From Bacilli bacterium (GTDB lineage Bacteria > Bacillota_I > Bacilli_A > RFN20 > CAG-826), in NCBI GenBank assembly GCA_017445245.1, contig JAFSUM010000033.1, positions 6,520 to 70,519 on the forward strand: a DNA stretch of 64,000 bases. The letters run 5' to 3'. How positions within the stretch are numbered: the first letter of the stretch is position 1; every line of letters starts with the position of its first letter. Below the pieces are notes generated by a model that made no database searches, was not told where the DNA came from, and worked only from the letters and a program-made list of their open reading frames with translations. Shown here in pieces: positions 25,686 through 34,622 of the stretch. Made by a program: the position numbers and the translations under genes.

Positions 25686-27329
25686 ATGACTTCCCACAAA
25701 GGATCCCGCGTTTTCGAGGGATACGCGTTGGGTAAAATCGCCGTCTATTCCGCCATCAAGGTGGAAAAGGCGGCGGGCCTTGGGGCCGAAGCCGAATTCG
25801 CCCGCTTCGAGAAAGCCCGTGCGGAAACCATCGCCGCCCTGGATAAGTCCTACATGGAAACCTTGTCCAAGCTCGGCGAAGCGGAAGCCGCACTGTTCGC
25901 CACCCATAAGGTCATGGCGGAAGACCTCGATTTCGAGGATGCCATCCGCGCTGAACTCGAAGGCGATGTCTCGGCCGAATACGCGGTCCACGCCGCCGGT
26001 GCCCAACTTGCCGAAATGTTCGCGTCCATGGATGACGCCTACATGAAGGAGAGGGCCAACGACGTCCGCGAAGTGGCCGCCCGCATCGTTTCTGCCCTCC
26101 GTAAGGAAGAAAACGGATTCGAACTCAAGGAACCCTCCATCATCGTCTGCGACGACCTCCCTGCCTCGGAGCTCATGAAGCTCGACAAGAAGATGATCCT
26201 CGGCATCGTCTTCGCCAAGGGCGGATCGAACTCCCACGTCTCCATCCTTACCCGTATGCTGGAAATCCCGGCCCTCTGTGGTCTGGATTCCCTTGAGGTG
26301 ACCAAAGAGCTGACTGGCTCCTTCGCCATTCTAGATGCGATGAAGGCAGAACTCATTCTCGCCCCCGATTCCAAACTTCTCTCCGCTTATTCTGCAAAAA
26401 AGAAGGAGTATGAAGAGAAAAAAACGAAACTGCAGGCTTTTAAAGGTAAGCCGACTCTAACCAAAGACGGCAAGAAAGTCGAGATTTACAACAATATCGC
26501 CTCTTCCTTCGAAGTCGAAAACGCCATCCGTAACGACGCGGAAGGCATTGGCCTATTCCGTTCCGAGTTCATCTACCTCGAAGCCAGCGACTATCCCACC
26601 GAAGAGGAGCAGTTCGAACACTATAAGCGCGTCGTCGAAGCCATGGGTGAGAAGCAAGTTATCATCCGCACCCTCGATATCGGCGCGGACAAGAAGATCG
26701 ACTACTTCGATTTGCCCGAGGAAGAAAACCCGGCGCTTGGCTTCCGCAGCATCCGTATCTGCAAGGCCCGCCCGGAAATCTTCTTGGCCCAGCTACAGGC
26801 CCTCTACCGGGCTTCGGCCTACGGTAATCTCGCCGTCATGGTCCCGATGATCATTTCGTTAAGCGAAATCACCTTCATTCACGAGATGGCCGCGCTTGCC
26901 AGGGAAAACCTCAAGGCGCGTAACCTCCCGTTCAACGAGAAGATGAAAATCGGCATCATGGTCGAAACGCCGGCCGCTGCGGTGTGCTCCGATCTCTTCG
27001 CCGCGAAAGTCGACTTCTTCTCCATTGGCACGAACGACCTTAGCCAGTACACGTTGGCCATCGATAGGGTCAATCCGAACCTCGCTTCGAGTTTCAACCC
27101 GCACCATCGCGCGGTGTGCCGCCTCATCAAGCTCTCGACCGAAAACGCCCACAAGGCTGGTATCCCCATCGGCATCTGCGGCGAACTCGCCCGCGACGAG
27201 AAGCTCTTGCCCTTCTTCCTAAAGATCGGGGTCGACGAGCTCTCGGTCTCCCCAGCCTATACGCTGTCGTTAAGGGAACAGATCTCCCATATCGACACCA
27301 ACGACGTCAACGTCGAAGACTTCATCTAA
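25686..27329 (+). CDS. ptsI: PTS Enzyme I (PEP-protein phosphotransferase)
   Basis: GGSNSHVSILTRMLEIPA contains the active-site His. The C-terminal PEP-utilising motifs IGTNDLSQY and CGELA are present. Confidence 0.9.
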   Translation: MTSHKGSRVFEGYALGKIAVYSAIKVEKAAGLGAEAEFARFEKARAETIAALDKSYMETLSKLGEAEAALFATHKVMAEDLDFEDAIRAELEGDVSAEYAVHAAGAQLAEMFASMDDAYMKERANDVREVAARIVSALRKEENGFELKEPSIIVCDDLPASELMKLDKKMILGIVFAKGGSNSHVSILTRMLEIPALCGLDSLEVTKELTGSFAILDAMKAELILAPDSKLLSAYSAKKKEYEEKKTKLQAFKGKPTLTKDGKKVEIYNNIASSFEVENAIRNDAEGIGLFRSEFIYLEASDYPTEEEQFEHYKRVVEAMGEKQVIIRTLDIGADKKIDYFDLPEEENPALGFRSIRICKARPEIFLAQLQALYRASAYGNLAVMVPMIISLSEITFIHEMAALARENLKARNLPFNEKMKIGIMVETPAAAVCSDLFAAKVDFFSIGTNDLSQYTLAIDRVNPNLASSFNPHHRAVCRLIKLSTENAHKAGIPIGICGELARDEKLLPFFLKIGVDELSVSPAYTLSLREQISHIDTNDVNVEDFI

Positions 27330-27348
27330 TCCATCATCAAAACGACGG

Positions 27349-27384
27349 ATGCCTCTTGATTCGTTCAAGGGGCATTTTCTTTTG
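27349..27384 (+). terminator. Rho-independent terminator after ptsI
   Basis: Stem ATGCCTCTTG / CAAGGGGCAT, followed by TTTCTTTT. Confidence 0.6.
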
Positions 27385-27391
27385 GTAAAAT
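27383..27391 (+). promoter_or_regulatory. Extended -10 element TGgTAAAAT, 6 nt upstream of the GTG start at 27398 (leaderless candidate)
   Basis: Direct reading. No Shine-Dalgarno can fit in the 6-nt gap. Confidence 0.4.
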
Positions 27392-27397
27392 TGCTTT

Positions 27398-27964
27398 GTG
27401 AAAAATGTCGGCATCGCAGTCAATCGAAGCGAATTCCGGAATTGGCTATCCATGTATGGGAAAAGCGAATCGGAATGCTGGCTCGTTTTGAAACGGGGCA
27501 AACCCCAAGACGACGGGGCCTTCTATTATTTGGACGCCGTAGAAGAAGCGCTTTGCTTCGGCTGGATCGACAGTGTCCAAAAGATCGTCGAGGGCGTGCA
27601 CTTGCAACGTTTTAGTCCACGTACCAAGAAAGGCTATTGGACCGAACTCAACAAAGAGCGTTTCCGCAGGCTAGAGAAGCTTGGTCTTATGACCCCCGAG
27701 GGAAGGAAGGTCGCGCCGAAGATGGGGGCGCGCAGTTACTCAATTGATTCCGATGTCGAAGCCGCCTTAAAAAAGGCACGTGTGTATTCGAAATTCAAAA
27801 CGTTCCCTCCGCTATACCAACGGGTACGGGCTTATAACGTTGCCTTTTATAAATCGTTCGACACGGAAGCTTATCAAAAGGCGTTAAACCACCTGATTGA
27901 AGAAACGCAAAACGGCCGCATGTATGGCGAATGGAACGATTACGGCCGTTTGTTGGATTATTGA
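27398..27964 (+). CDS. YdeI/OmpD-associated (bacteriocin-protection-type) family protein
   Basis: The sequence WLVLKRGKPQDDGAFYYLDAVEEALCFGWIDSVQK...RFSPRTKKGYWTELNKERFRRLEKLGLMTPEG is typical of the YdeI family. Confidence 0.65.
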   Translation: MKNVGIAVNRSEFRNWLSMYGKSESECWLVLKRGKPQDDGAFYYLDAVEEALCFGWIDSVQKIVEGVHLQRFSPRTKKGYWTELNKERFRRLEKLGLMTPEGRKVAPKMGARSYSIDSDVEAALKKARVYSKFKTFPPLYQRVRAYNVAFYKSFDTEAYQKALNHLIEETQNGRMYGEWNDYGRLLDY

Positions 27965-29694
27965 TCTTTATAGATTTCGGCAATGTGTTTGAAGTCTTCG
28001 AACCGCTTTTCGAATGCCTCGACTGCTTTCGGGGAGAATTGTTTGCCAGCCTGGGCGATGATCTCGTCGCGGGCTTGCTCGATGGTCCACGCGTCCTTGT
28101 AGCAGCGTTTGCTGACCAAGGCGTCGAAGACATCGGCTACGGAGGCGATTTGGGCTTCTACGGGGATTTCGTCGCCTTTTAAGTGATGCGTGTATCCGTT
28201 GCCATCCCATCTCTCGTGATGGTATTGGGCGATGACCGCGCCTAGTTGCATGATGTTGCCGGGTACGCCCTTGAGGAGTTGGCCGCCGTAATCGACGTGC
28301 TGCTGCATGATTTTGTATTCTTCGTCGGTAAAACGACCCGGCTTATGGAGAATCTTTTCGTCCACCATGATCTTGCCGACGTCATGAAGCATGGCCGCGA
28401 TGCGGATATCGTGAATCTGGGAGGGGTTAAAGCCCATCTCTTCGGCGAGGATGGCGCTGTATTCGCCGACGCGCTTGACGTGGTTGCCGGATTCACCGGA
28501 TTTATTGGAAAGGATGGTCGCGAAGTTTTCGGAGATGCTATCTTGCTGGTCGATGAGTTCTTGCAAGGACTCCTGAACCTTGGTGGCCATCGCGTTGAAG
28601 CTTTCGCCCACGTCCGTTATTTCATCATTCGCGGCTTTCTTTACGCGGACGTCGTAATGGCCTTCGCTGATTTCACCTGCCGCCTTGGAGAGGTTACGGA
28701 TGCGCTTAACCTCGTGGCTAGAGAGGAAGATGGCGGCCAGAACGGATAACGCCACGGCGACCGAGACGACCAAAACGGAGAACCAAATATTCGATTGAAG
28801 GGCTTTTTGCAGGGAACGGTGGTTAATAAAAGCCACGTATTTCCAGTTTAAAGAAGCGATATCTGCGCGGTATACCGTGTAATTCGGGCCTTCTTGGAGG
28901 CCGTTTCGCAGGGAAACATAATTGTCTAAAACCGCCTTATCGATGCTTTCTTCACCCGAGGTGAGTTGAAGTACCAACTTATCGTTCTCGTCGAATAGAA
29001 GCATGCCTTCATCTTCGTAGGAGGTGCCTGTGATGCATTCGAGGAAGGCGTCACGGTCAAAGCCATATTCGACGTAGCCGACGACCTGCATGTCATAGAC
29101 GTCATCGACGCCATAGTTGACCAAGGCCTTCCAAACGTAGAGGGAGTCGTTCTCGTTAAAGAACCAATACGAAAGACCGGGATGCTCTTTTAAGGCGGCG
29201 TAACGGGCCTCGGTGCATTCGATCGCGCTTTGACTAACGTGGAAGAGACGATTCGCGACAGGTTTGTCCGGGCTGATGAAGGGCGAATACATGGTCGCGG
29301 AGACGATGTTATGGTCGGTGATGACCAAATAGTCCATTGCCCCGACGATAGTGGAACCATCTCCGGTTAATCCGGTACCCGACATCGCCTTTTTGAGTTG
29401 GTTGGCCGCTTCGGTAGAAGTGGAGGCGTCGAGGATCGAGCTTGCGAAATCATGGTTATAACCGATTTGGCTGGAGAGCAACTTCATCGACGTATCGACA
29501 GAAGTAATCGCTCCTTCGAGGGCCATGTCGGCGTTGAGGGCGACGGAGGCGAGGTTATTGCTCGCGGTCTGTTGGGCATTGTTCGCGGAAGTGGCGGTCA
29601 AAACGACACCCAGTGTGGTAACCGAAACGGCGATGGTAATCATCGACATGACGGCTAGTTTTGCCCGAATGGAGAAACGTACCTTCCCTTGCAT
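27958..29694 (-). CDS. Membrane sensor: Cache-like extracellular domain, HAMP, then HD-GYP phosphodiesterase domain
   Basis: Two TM segments flank a roughly 270-aa external domain, followed by a HAMP domain. The HD-GYP domain contains MLHDVGK...HHERWDGNGYTHHL...VADVFDALVSKRCYK. Confidence 0.8.
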   Translation of the reverse strand: MQGKVRFSIRAKLAVMSMITIAVSVTTLGVVLTATSANNAQQTASNNLASVALNADMALEGAITSVDTSMKLLSSQIGYNHDFASSILDASTSTEAANQLKKAMSGTGLTGDGSTIVGAMDYLVITDHNIVSATMYSPFISPDKPVANRLFHVSQSAIECTEARYAALKEHPGLSYWFFNENDSLYVWKALVNYGVDDVYDMQVVGYVEYGFDRDAFLECITGTSYEDEGMLLFDENDKLVLQLTSGEESIDKAVLDNYVSLRNGLQEGPNYTVYRADIASLNWKYVAFINHRSLQKALQSNIWFSVLVVSVAVALSVLAAIFLSSHEVKRIRNLSKAAGEISEGHYDVRVKKAANDEITDVGESFNAMATKVQESLQELIDQQDSISENFATILSNKSGESGNHVKRVGEYSAILAEEMGFNPSQIHDIRIAAMLHDVGKIMVDEKILHKPGRFTDEEYKIMQQHVDYGGQLLKGVPGNIMQLGAVIAQYHHERWDGNGYTHHLKGDEIPVEAQIASVADVFDALVSKRCYKDAWTIEQARDEIIAQAGKQFSPKAVEAFEKRFEDFKHIAEIYKDQ

Positions 29695-29701
29695 GCTTGC
29701 T

Positions 29702-29735
29702 ATCTTATCAAAATCTCGAAAACGGGTGATAGAAT
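29702..29735. promoter_or_regulatory. Back-to-back extended -10 elements for two divergent genes
   Basis: On the minus strand, TGaTAAGAT (29710-29702) lies 7 nt before the ATG at 29694. On the plus strand, TGaTAGAAT (29727-29735) lies 6 nt before the GTG at 29742. The whole intergenic region is 47 bp and has no Shine-Dalgarno on either side. Confidence 0.45.
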
Positions 29736-29741
29736 ACGTCC

Positions 29742-31229
29742 GTGCAATTCAAGAAGCTTCCTATCCTTGCCCTGTCCTCTTTACTCCTAAGTGCGTGCGG
29801 AGGCGCCTCGTCTTCGGGCGACGTTTCTTCGTCTATTCCCGTCGAGGGGGATTTCGTTATCAAAGAGAAGACAGAAATCGAATTCCTTTGCATGGTCGAC
29901 GGCAGTTATTACTCCCTCCTTGAACGGATGGTTGAAGATTTCGAAAAGACCGAACCCAATGTCGACGTGAATTTGACCAACCCTCTTGGCTCGGGTAATT
30001 ACAGCGCATTAGAAAAGACCGTGGTTGCCGGGTTCTTCCGCGAGGATTATCCAGACCTCGTCCAATGCTATCCCGATAACGTCGTGAAGTATCATGACCG
30101 CGGCTATGTCGTAAACGTCGACACGTATCGTTCAAATCCCGATTACGGAATCAATTCGGACACGGATTACATCAAGGCTTTCCTCGATGAAGGCTCTTCC
30201 TATAAAGACGAAGGCACGTATTCCTTGCCTTTCTGTAAGTCCACGGAGCTCCTTTATTACAACGCGGATGTTTTGATCGGCTTGGATCTATCTTCGATCA
30301 ACGCTTCGATTAACAACGGAAAACCGTTGGACGCGGCATATCTTGATAACCTTAGTTGGGAAGAACTGTTCGAACGTCTTTGCCCTGCGATTAAGGCCTA
30401 TGACGAAGCGCAGGATGCCGATCACAAAATCATGAAGACGACCGAGAACTCGGGCATTGTCTCCTATGATTCCGACGAAAACTTCTTCATTACTTTGGCC
30501 AACCAATACGGCTACGGCTATACGAGCTTCGATAAAAACGGTAAGGCGAGTATCGACTATAACAACGATGGCATGAAGGGTTTGATGTTAAAGCTCAACC
30601 AAGCAAAGGCGAATGGATATCTCCAAACGCACAAGACGTACAACGATTATGTCTCGTATCTGTTCCAAACCCGCGAAGCCCTTTTCACCATCTCTTCGAC
30701 CGCTGGGTTAAGTTACAACTTCGTCAGCGAGAGGGATGTCCAGTCCAAAGGTTTGACGCCCTTCTCCATCGGCGTGGCCAAATTGCCCCATGCCGAGGAC
30801 AGGGATTACGTTTCGATTAACCAGGGCCCCTCGGTTTGCGTTCTCGACCATAAAGACGAAAACCGCGCCTTGGCCTCCTATCTCTTATGGAAATACGTCA
30901 CCGATGTCGAACACGCGAAGGAGTGGTCTTTGGCCACGGGTTACATCGGCGTCCGTAACAGTGTCTACGAAAGCGACGAATACAAAGCGATGATCGCCGT
31001 CGATGATAAGAGCACCATCTATGAAGTTGGTGCGGCCGATAATCTCAAGAAGATTGCCGATGTTAAAGAGATGACCTTTAATACGCCCGTCTTCCGCGGT
31101 TCGAGCAACGCACGCACTAACGTTGGGTTGTTGCTCGCGGATTGTTTAAACGAAGTAGACCTTCCATCTAAGATCGACCAGCTCTTTGCCGACTCGGTCG
31201 CGGACACGCTTAGCTACATGCCTCAATAA
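29742..31229 (+). CDS. Extracellular solute-binding lipoprotein (ABC sugar-binding type), orphan
   Basis: The signal peptide (V/M)QFKKLPILALSSLLLSAC carries a lipobox. Overall the protein looks like a family-1 solute-binding protein. No permease or ATPase gene is adjacent. Confidence 0.75.
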   Translation: MQFKKLPILALSSLLLSACGGASSSGDVSSSIPVEGDFVIKEKTEIEFLCMVDGSYYSLLERMVEDFEKTEPNVDVNLTNPLGSGNYSALEKTVVAGFFREDYPDLVQCYPDNVVKYHDRGYVVNVDTYRSNPDYGINSDTDYIKAFLDEGSSYKDEGTYSLPFCKSTELLYYNADVLIGLDLSSINASINNGKPLDAAYLDNLSWEELFERLCPAIKAYDEAQDADHKIMKTTENSGIVSYDSDENFFITLANQYGYGYTSFDKNGKASIDYNNDGMKGLMLKLNQAKANGYLQTHKTYNDYVSYLFQTREALFTISSTAGLSYNFVSERDVQSKGLTPFSIGVAKLPHAEDRDYVSINQGPSVCVLDHKDENRALASYLLWKYVTDVEHAKEWSLATGYIGVRNSVYESDEYKAMIAVDDKSTIYEVGAADNLKKIADVKEMTFNTPVFRGSSNARTNVGLLLADCLNEVDLPSKIDQLFADSVADTLSYMPQ

Positions 31230-31248
31230 TTGAGAGTTTTTGATACGA

Positions 31249-31455
31249 ATGCGAGAAGAATACGATTTCAGCAAAGGAAAGAAGAATCCCTATGCAAAAC
31301 AACCAGCGAAACGGGTGACAATCGAACTCCCGAGGACGTGATTACTATTTCAAACGCAGGCGAAAGAGGCCGGCATCCCATATCAAACACTCATCAACCT
31401 CTATTTGACTGACTGCGCGCGAAACGGAAAGCGTCTAGTTATTTCCTGGAATTAA
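31249..31455 (+). pseudogene. BrnA-type (CopG/RHH-like) antitoxin gene disrupted by an in-frame TGA and local frameshifts
   Basis: My own translation gives MREEYDFSKGKKNPYAKQPAKRVTIELPRT*LLFQTQAKEAGIPYQTLINLYLTDCARNGKRLVISWN. The expected EDVIT(Y)F segment is readable only in another frame (31333-31350). Confidence 0.55.
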
Positions 31456-31516
31456 GCGATCAAAATCACCTTTGTTTTTTGCTGTTTTCTGCAAAAAGCC
31501 GGTTTTTGAATGGATT

Positions 31517-32035
31517 TTAGATTAAAGAAAGCGGCTTTTTATTGCGATAAATGCAAAGCCTAGTGGTATATCCGTTATCTTCCACAGGTTCATTTTCGGA
31601 GACGAGTTCAAAGTCAGGATGGGCATCGAGGTTCTCGAAGAACACCTCTGCCTCACCATCCGCGTCGACTTTATTTAAGGAAACCTCGTCGACATAAGGG
31701 AGCATCTGACGGTAGATGGAAGCGCCACCGATGACGTAGACGTCACCAGCCTTTTTGGCCTCGTAGATGAGGCGCTTGAATTCTTCCATCGTGTGGGCGG
31801 GAATCGTGTTCTCATATTCGTGGGAATAGTCCGCGGACAAAACGATGTTGATGCGGTTAGGCAACGGCTTTTGGTTTGGGAAGGAAAGAAGCGTCGCTTC
31901 GCCCATGGCTACGGTATGGCCCGAGGTGGTCTCGCGGAACACCTTCATGTCCTTGGGCAGGCGAAAAAGAAGGCCGCCTTTTTTGCCGATGCCGAAATTC
32001 TTGTCGCAGTTAAGGATGGAGATGACTTTGCTCAT
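31517..32035 (-). CDS. folA: Dihydrofolate reductase
   Basis: Contains FGIGKKGGLLFRLPKDMKVFRETT, PLPNRINIVLS and VIGGASIY. Its start overlaps the thyA stop by 4 nt. Confidence 0.85.
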   Translation of the reverse strand: MSKVISILNCDKNFGIGKKGGLLFRLPKDMKVFRETTSGHTVAMGEATLLSFPNQKPLPNRINIVLSADYSHEYENTIPAHTMEEFKRLIYEAKKAGDVYVIGGASIYRQMLPYVDEVSLNKVDADGEAEVFFENLDAHPDFELVSENEPVEDNGYTTRLCIYRNKKPLSLI

Positions 32036-32862
32036 ATGGCGACGGGAATCTTCTCCTCCAGAACTTCATATTCGTAATCGATGAGTTTGAAGTCATCGGT
32101 GGTAAAGGCGTAGAAGTCTTTGACCTCGGGGTTGATCCAAAGCTTCGGCGCGGGATGTAACGGCTTGGCGATGACTTTCTTAACGAGAGGGATGTGGCGG
32201 TCGTAGATGTGCGCGTCGGCAATAACGTGGAGCAGCGTTCCGGCCTTTAATCCCGAAACTTGGGCGAGCATGTGCAGAAGCAAGGCGTATTGGGCCACGT
32301 TCCAGTTGTTCGCGGTGAGCATGTCGTTGCTACGCTGATTGAGAATGCCGTTAAGGGTATCGCCCGAGACGTTAAAGGTCATCGAATAGGCGCAGGGATA
32401 AAGATTCATCTCATGCAGGTCGTCGAAATTGTAGATGTTGGTCATGATTCGACGGGAAGAAGGGTTGTGCTTCAAATCGTAAAGAACGCGGTCGACTTGG
32501 TCGAATTCGCCTTCGGGGTAGATGGATTTTTTGGCGAGCTGATAGCCATAGGCCTTTCCGATTGAACCCGTTTCGTCGGCCCAGGAATCCCAAATGTGGG
32601 AATGGAGGTCATGGATGTTATTGGATTTCTTTTGCCAAATCCAAAGCAACTCATCTAAACAACTCTTAAACGCGGTCCGACGAATGGTAAGGATCGGGAA
32701 CTCTTCCTGCAGATTATAACGGTTCGTGACCCCAAAGATTTTGATGGTATGAGCGGGGGTGCCATCTTCCCAATGGGGGCGCACGGGCAAATGCTCATCG
32801 GAGAATCCGTTCTCCAAGATATCGTGCATGTTTTGGATAAATATTTCGTCAGCGCGGCTCAT
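32032..32862 (-). CDS. thyA: Thymidylate synthase (ThyA)
   Basis: Contains GTPAHT, ELLWIWQ, NPSSRR and the active-site Cys in LYPCAY. The C-terminus reads LWINPEVKDFYAFTTDDFKLIDY. The ATG at 32862 is chosen by alignment to remembered Bacillus ThyA. The alternative start at 32901 adds 13 hydrophobic residues. Confidence 0.9.
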   Translation of the reverse strand: MSRADEIFIQNMHDILENGFSDEHLPVRPHWEDGTPAHTIKIFGVTNRYNLQEEFPILTIRRTAFKSCLDELLWIWQKKSNNIHDLHSHIWDSWADETGSIGKAYGYQLAKKSIYPEGEFDQVDRVLYDLKHNPSSRRIMTNIYNFDDLHEMNLYPCAYSMTFNVSGDTLNGILNQRSNDMLTANNWNVAQYALLLHMLAQVSGLKAGTLLHVIADAHIYDRHIPLVKKVIAKPLHPAPKLWINPEVKDFYAFTTDDFKLIDYEYEVLEEKIPVAI

Positions 32863-32869
32863 GGCAAAG

Positions 32870-32875
32870 ATTATA
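32870..32875 (-). promoter_or_regulatory. TATAAT -10 hexamer 7 nt upstream of the thyA ATG (leaderless candidate)
   Basis: The minus strand reads TGCCTTATAATCTTTGCC-ATG, with no Shine-Dalgarno. Confidence 0.4.
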
Positions 32876-32955
32876 AGGCAAAAGGAAGGAAAATGAAGCA
32901 TAGCTTCACCCTTTGCTATATCATTAGAAGCTAGATAGGGAAAAGGAGAGCAGGA

Positions 32956-33651
32956 ATGGATTTCGTCGGCATGGAAAAACTATCGCTCGTCGACTTCGAC
33001 GATAACCTCACCGCGACCCTTTTCATGGCGGGTTGCCCTTTCCGTTGCCCCTTTTGCCATAATGGCGATCTCGTCCTGCATCCAGAGAAGGCCGAACCGA
33101 TTCCTTTCGAAGAAGTCCTAACCTACCTAAAGAAGCGCCAGGGCGTCCTTGACGCGGTTTGCATCACGGGCGGCGAGCCTACTCTTATGCCCGACCTCGA
33201 AGACAAGATTCGCGCGATCCGTGACCTCGGCTATAAGATCAAACTCGATTCCAACGGCTTCCAGCCTCACGTTTTGGAAAACCTTATCGGCAAAGGCCTG
33301 CTCGACTATGTGGCGATGGACATCAAAAACTGTCCCGAGAAATATGACCTTACAATCGGTACCCATGTGGATCTCGATTTGATTGAGCGTTCGATTCGTC
33401 TATTGATGAATTCGGGCATCGACTACGAATTCCGTACGACGACAATTGAGGAATTCCATAGCGAGGAAGACATTGAAAAACTCGCCCGATGGATTCAAGG
33501 GGCGAGTCGGTATTTCCTGCAGAAGTACATCGATTCCGAGAACTGCATCCAGCATTACTTCCATGCGATTTCGCCGCAGAAAGCGGATAGGTATTTGCAA
33601 ATCGTGCGTAAATACGTGCCGAATGCGCAGTTGCGCGGTTTCGACGATTAA
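32956..33651 (+). CDS. nrdG: Anaerobic ribonucleotide reductase activating protein (radical SAM)
   Basis: AAAGGAGAG Shine-Dalgarno. Contains SLVDFDDNLTATLFMAGCPFRCPFCHN (CxxxCxxC) and ITGGEP. Confidence 0.85.
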   Translation: MDFVGMEKLSLVDFDDNLTATLFMAGCPFRCPFCHNGDLVLHPEKAEPIPFEEVLTYLKKRQGVLDAVCITGGEPTLMPDLEDKIRAIRDLGYKIKLDSNGFQPHVLENLIGKGLLDYVAMDIKNCPEKYDLTIGTHVDLDLIERSIRLLMNSGIDYEFRTTTIEEFHSEEDIEKLARWIQGASRYFLQKYIDSENCIQHYFHAISPQKADRYLQIVRKYVPNAQLRGFDD

Positions 33652-34556
33652 CGGCTGAGATATTTGGCGATTTCAACGCCGGCGATCGCGCCGTCACTGG
33701 TCGCGGTGATGACTTGGCGGATGCCTTTCCGACGGCAATCGCCGACGGCATAGACGCCAGGGGTCTTGGTTTCCATTTTGTCGTTGGCGAGGATGAAGCC
33801 GCGTTCATCAAGATCGACGATGCCTTTGAAGCGTTCGTTGTCGGGTTGCTGTCCGATGCAGATGAAGACGCCACTGGCTTTATAGGTGACCTTCTCTTTC
33901 GTCTGGGTATCTTCAAAGAGGACGCCTTCGATTTCGTTTTCGCCAAGGAATTCGACAGAGGCGAGGTTATGACGGTAGGAGATGTTTTCGATGTGCTTGA
34001 TGCGTTCGATAAGAATCTCGTCGGCGAAGAAATGATCGAAGAGGGTCGCGATTTGGACGTGGGTGCAGATATCGGAGAGGGAAATCGCGTATTGGAGAGC
34101 GGTGTTCGCGTCGCCGATGATAATAACATCCTGCTTGGCGAAGAACGCGCCATCGCAGACCGCGCAATAGGAGATGCCGTGTCCGACCAATTCGTCTTCG
34201 CGGGCGAGCCCGAGTTTCTTATGCTCGCAGCCCGTGGCTAATACGACGGTTTTGCCCTCGTATTCGTTGAAGTCCGTTTTGACAGTAAAGGTACCGTTAG
34301 GTTTCTTGATGACCTCCATGCCGTTTTCGACTTCGAAGCTGGCGCCCAGATCCGTAATCTGATCAAAGAGTTGGCTCGCGAAATCTTCGCCCGCGATCGA
34401 GGTGATGGAAGGGAAATTTTCTAGGCGCGGGGACTTGGCGACTTGGCCGCCGATGGATTCGCGCTCTAGCAGGATAACCTTCTTGCCAGCCCTTAAGAGA
34501 TAGAGGGCGGCGGTCATGCCCGCAGGGCCGCAACCGATGATGATGGAATCGTACAT
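33648..34556 (-). CDS. Thioredoxin-reductase-like flavoprotein that keeps the CAVC redox centre but lacks NADPH-binding motifs
   Basis: The FAD-binding motif IIIGCGPAG is present, as are the redox centre SYCAVCDG and the C-terminal GVYAVGD. The canonical GGGxxAxEEA reads IIGDANTALQYA, and the canonical HRRxxxR reads LFDHFFAD. Confidence 0.8.
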   Translation of the reverse strand: MYDSIIIGCGPAGMTAALYLLRAGKKVILLERESIGGQVAKSPRLENFPSITSIAGEDFASQLFDQITDLGASFEVENGMEVIKKPNGTFTVKTDFNEYEGKTVVLATGCEHKKLGLAREDELVGHGISYCAVCDGAFFAKQDVIIIGDANTALQYAISLSDICTHVQIATLFDHFFADEILIERIKHIENISYRHNLASVEFLGENEIEGVLFEDTQTKEKVTYKASGVFICIGQQPDNERFKGIVDLDERGFILANDKMETKTPGVYAVGDCRRKGIRQVITATSDGAIAGVEIAKYLSR

Positions 34557-34577
34557 GGGAATTCTCCTTTAGATGAA

Positions 34578-34603
34578 GAAGGCCCCTGAAATCAGGAGCC
34601 TTC
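34578..34603 (-). terminator. Strong hairpin between nrdD and the TrxR-like gene (partial terminator or processing site)
   Basis: The minus strand reads GAAGGCTCCTGA..TCAGGGGCCTTC followed by TTCTTC. The AAAGGAGAA Shine-Dalgarno of the next gene follows. Confidence 0.35.
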
Positions 34604-34622
34604 ATGGGGGTTTTGCCGTGAA

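Noticed and set aside
31339-31341. Could the in-frame TGA in the BrnA-like gene be read as Trp (genetic code 4, Mollicutes)?
   Set aside because: Many well-supported genes in the window terminate at TGA, including fruR, the ydeI-like gene and rplO. Very long ORFs are intact under the standard code. Reading TGA as Trp would also still not restore the expected EDVITYF segment.
32863-32901. Alternative thyA start at 32901, with an AAGGGTGA Shine-Dalgarno-like sequence.
   Set aside because: It adds 13 hydrophobic residues (MLHFPSFCLIIFA) that have no counterpart in ThyA. The alignment to ThyA N-termini begins at MSRADEIF. I kept it as a stated uncertainty because the Shine-Dalgarno-like element is real.
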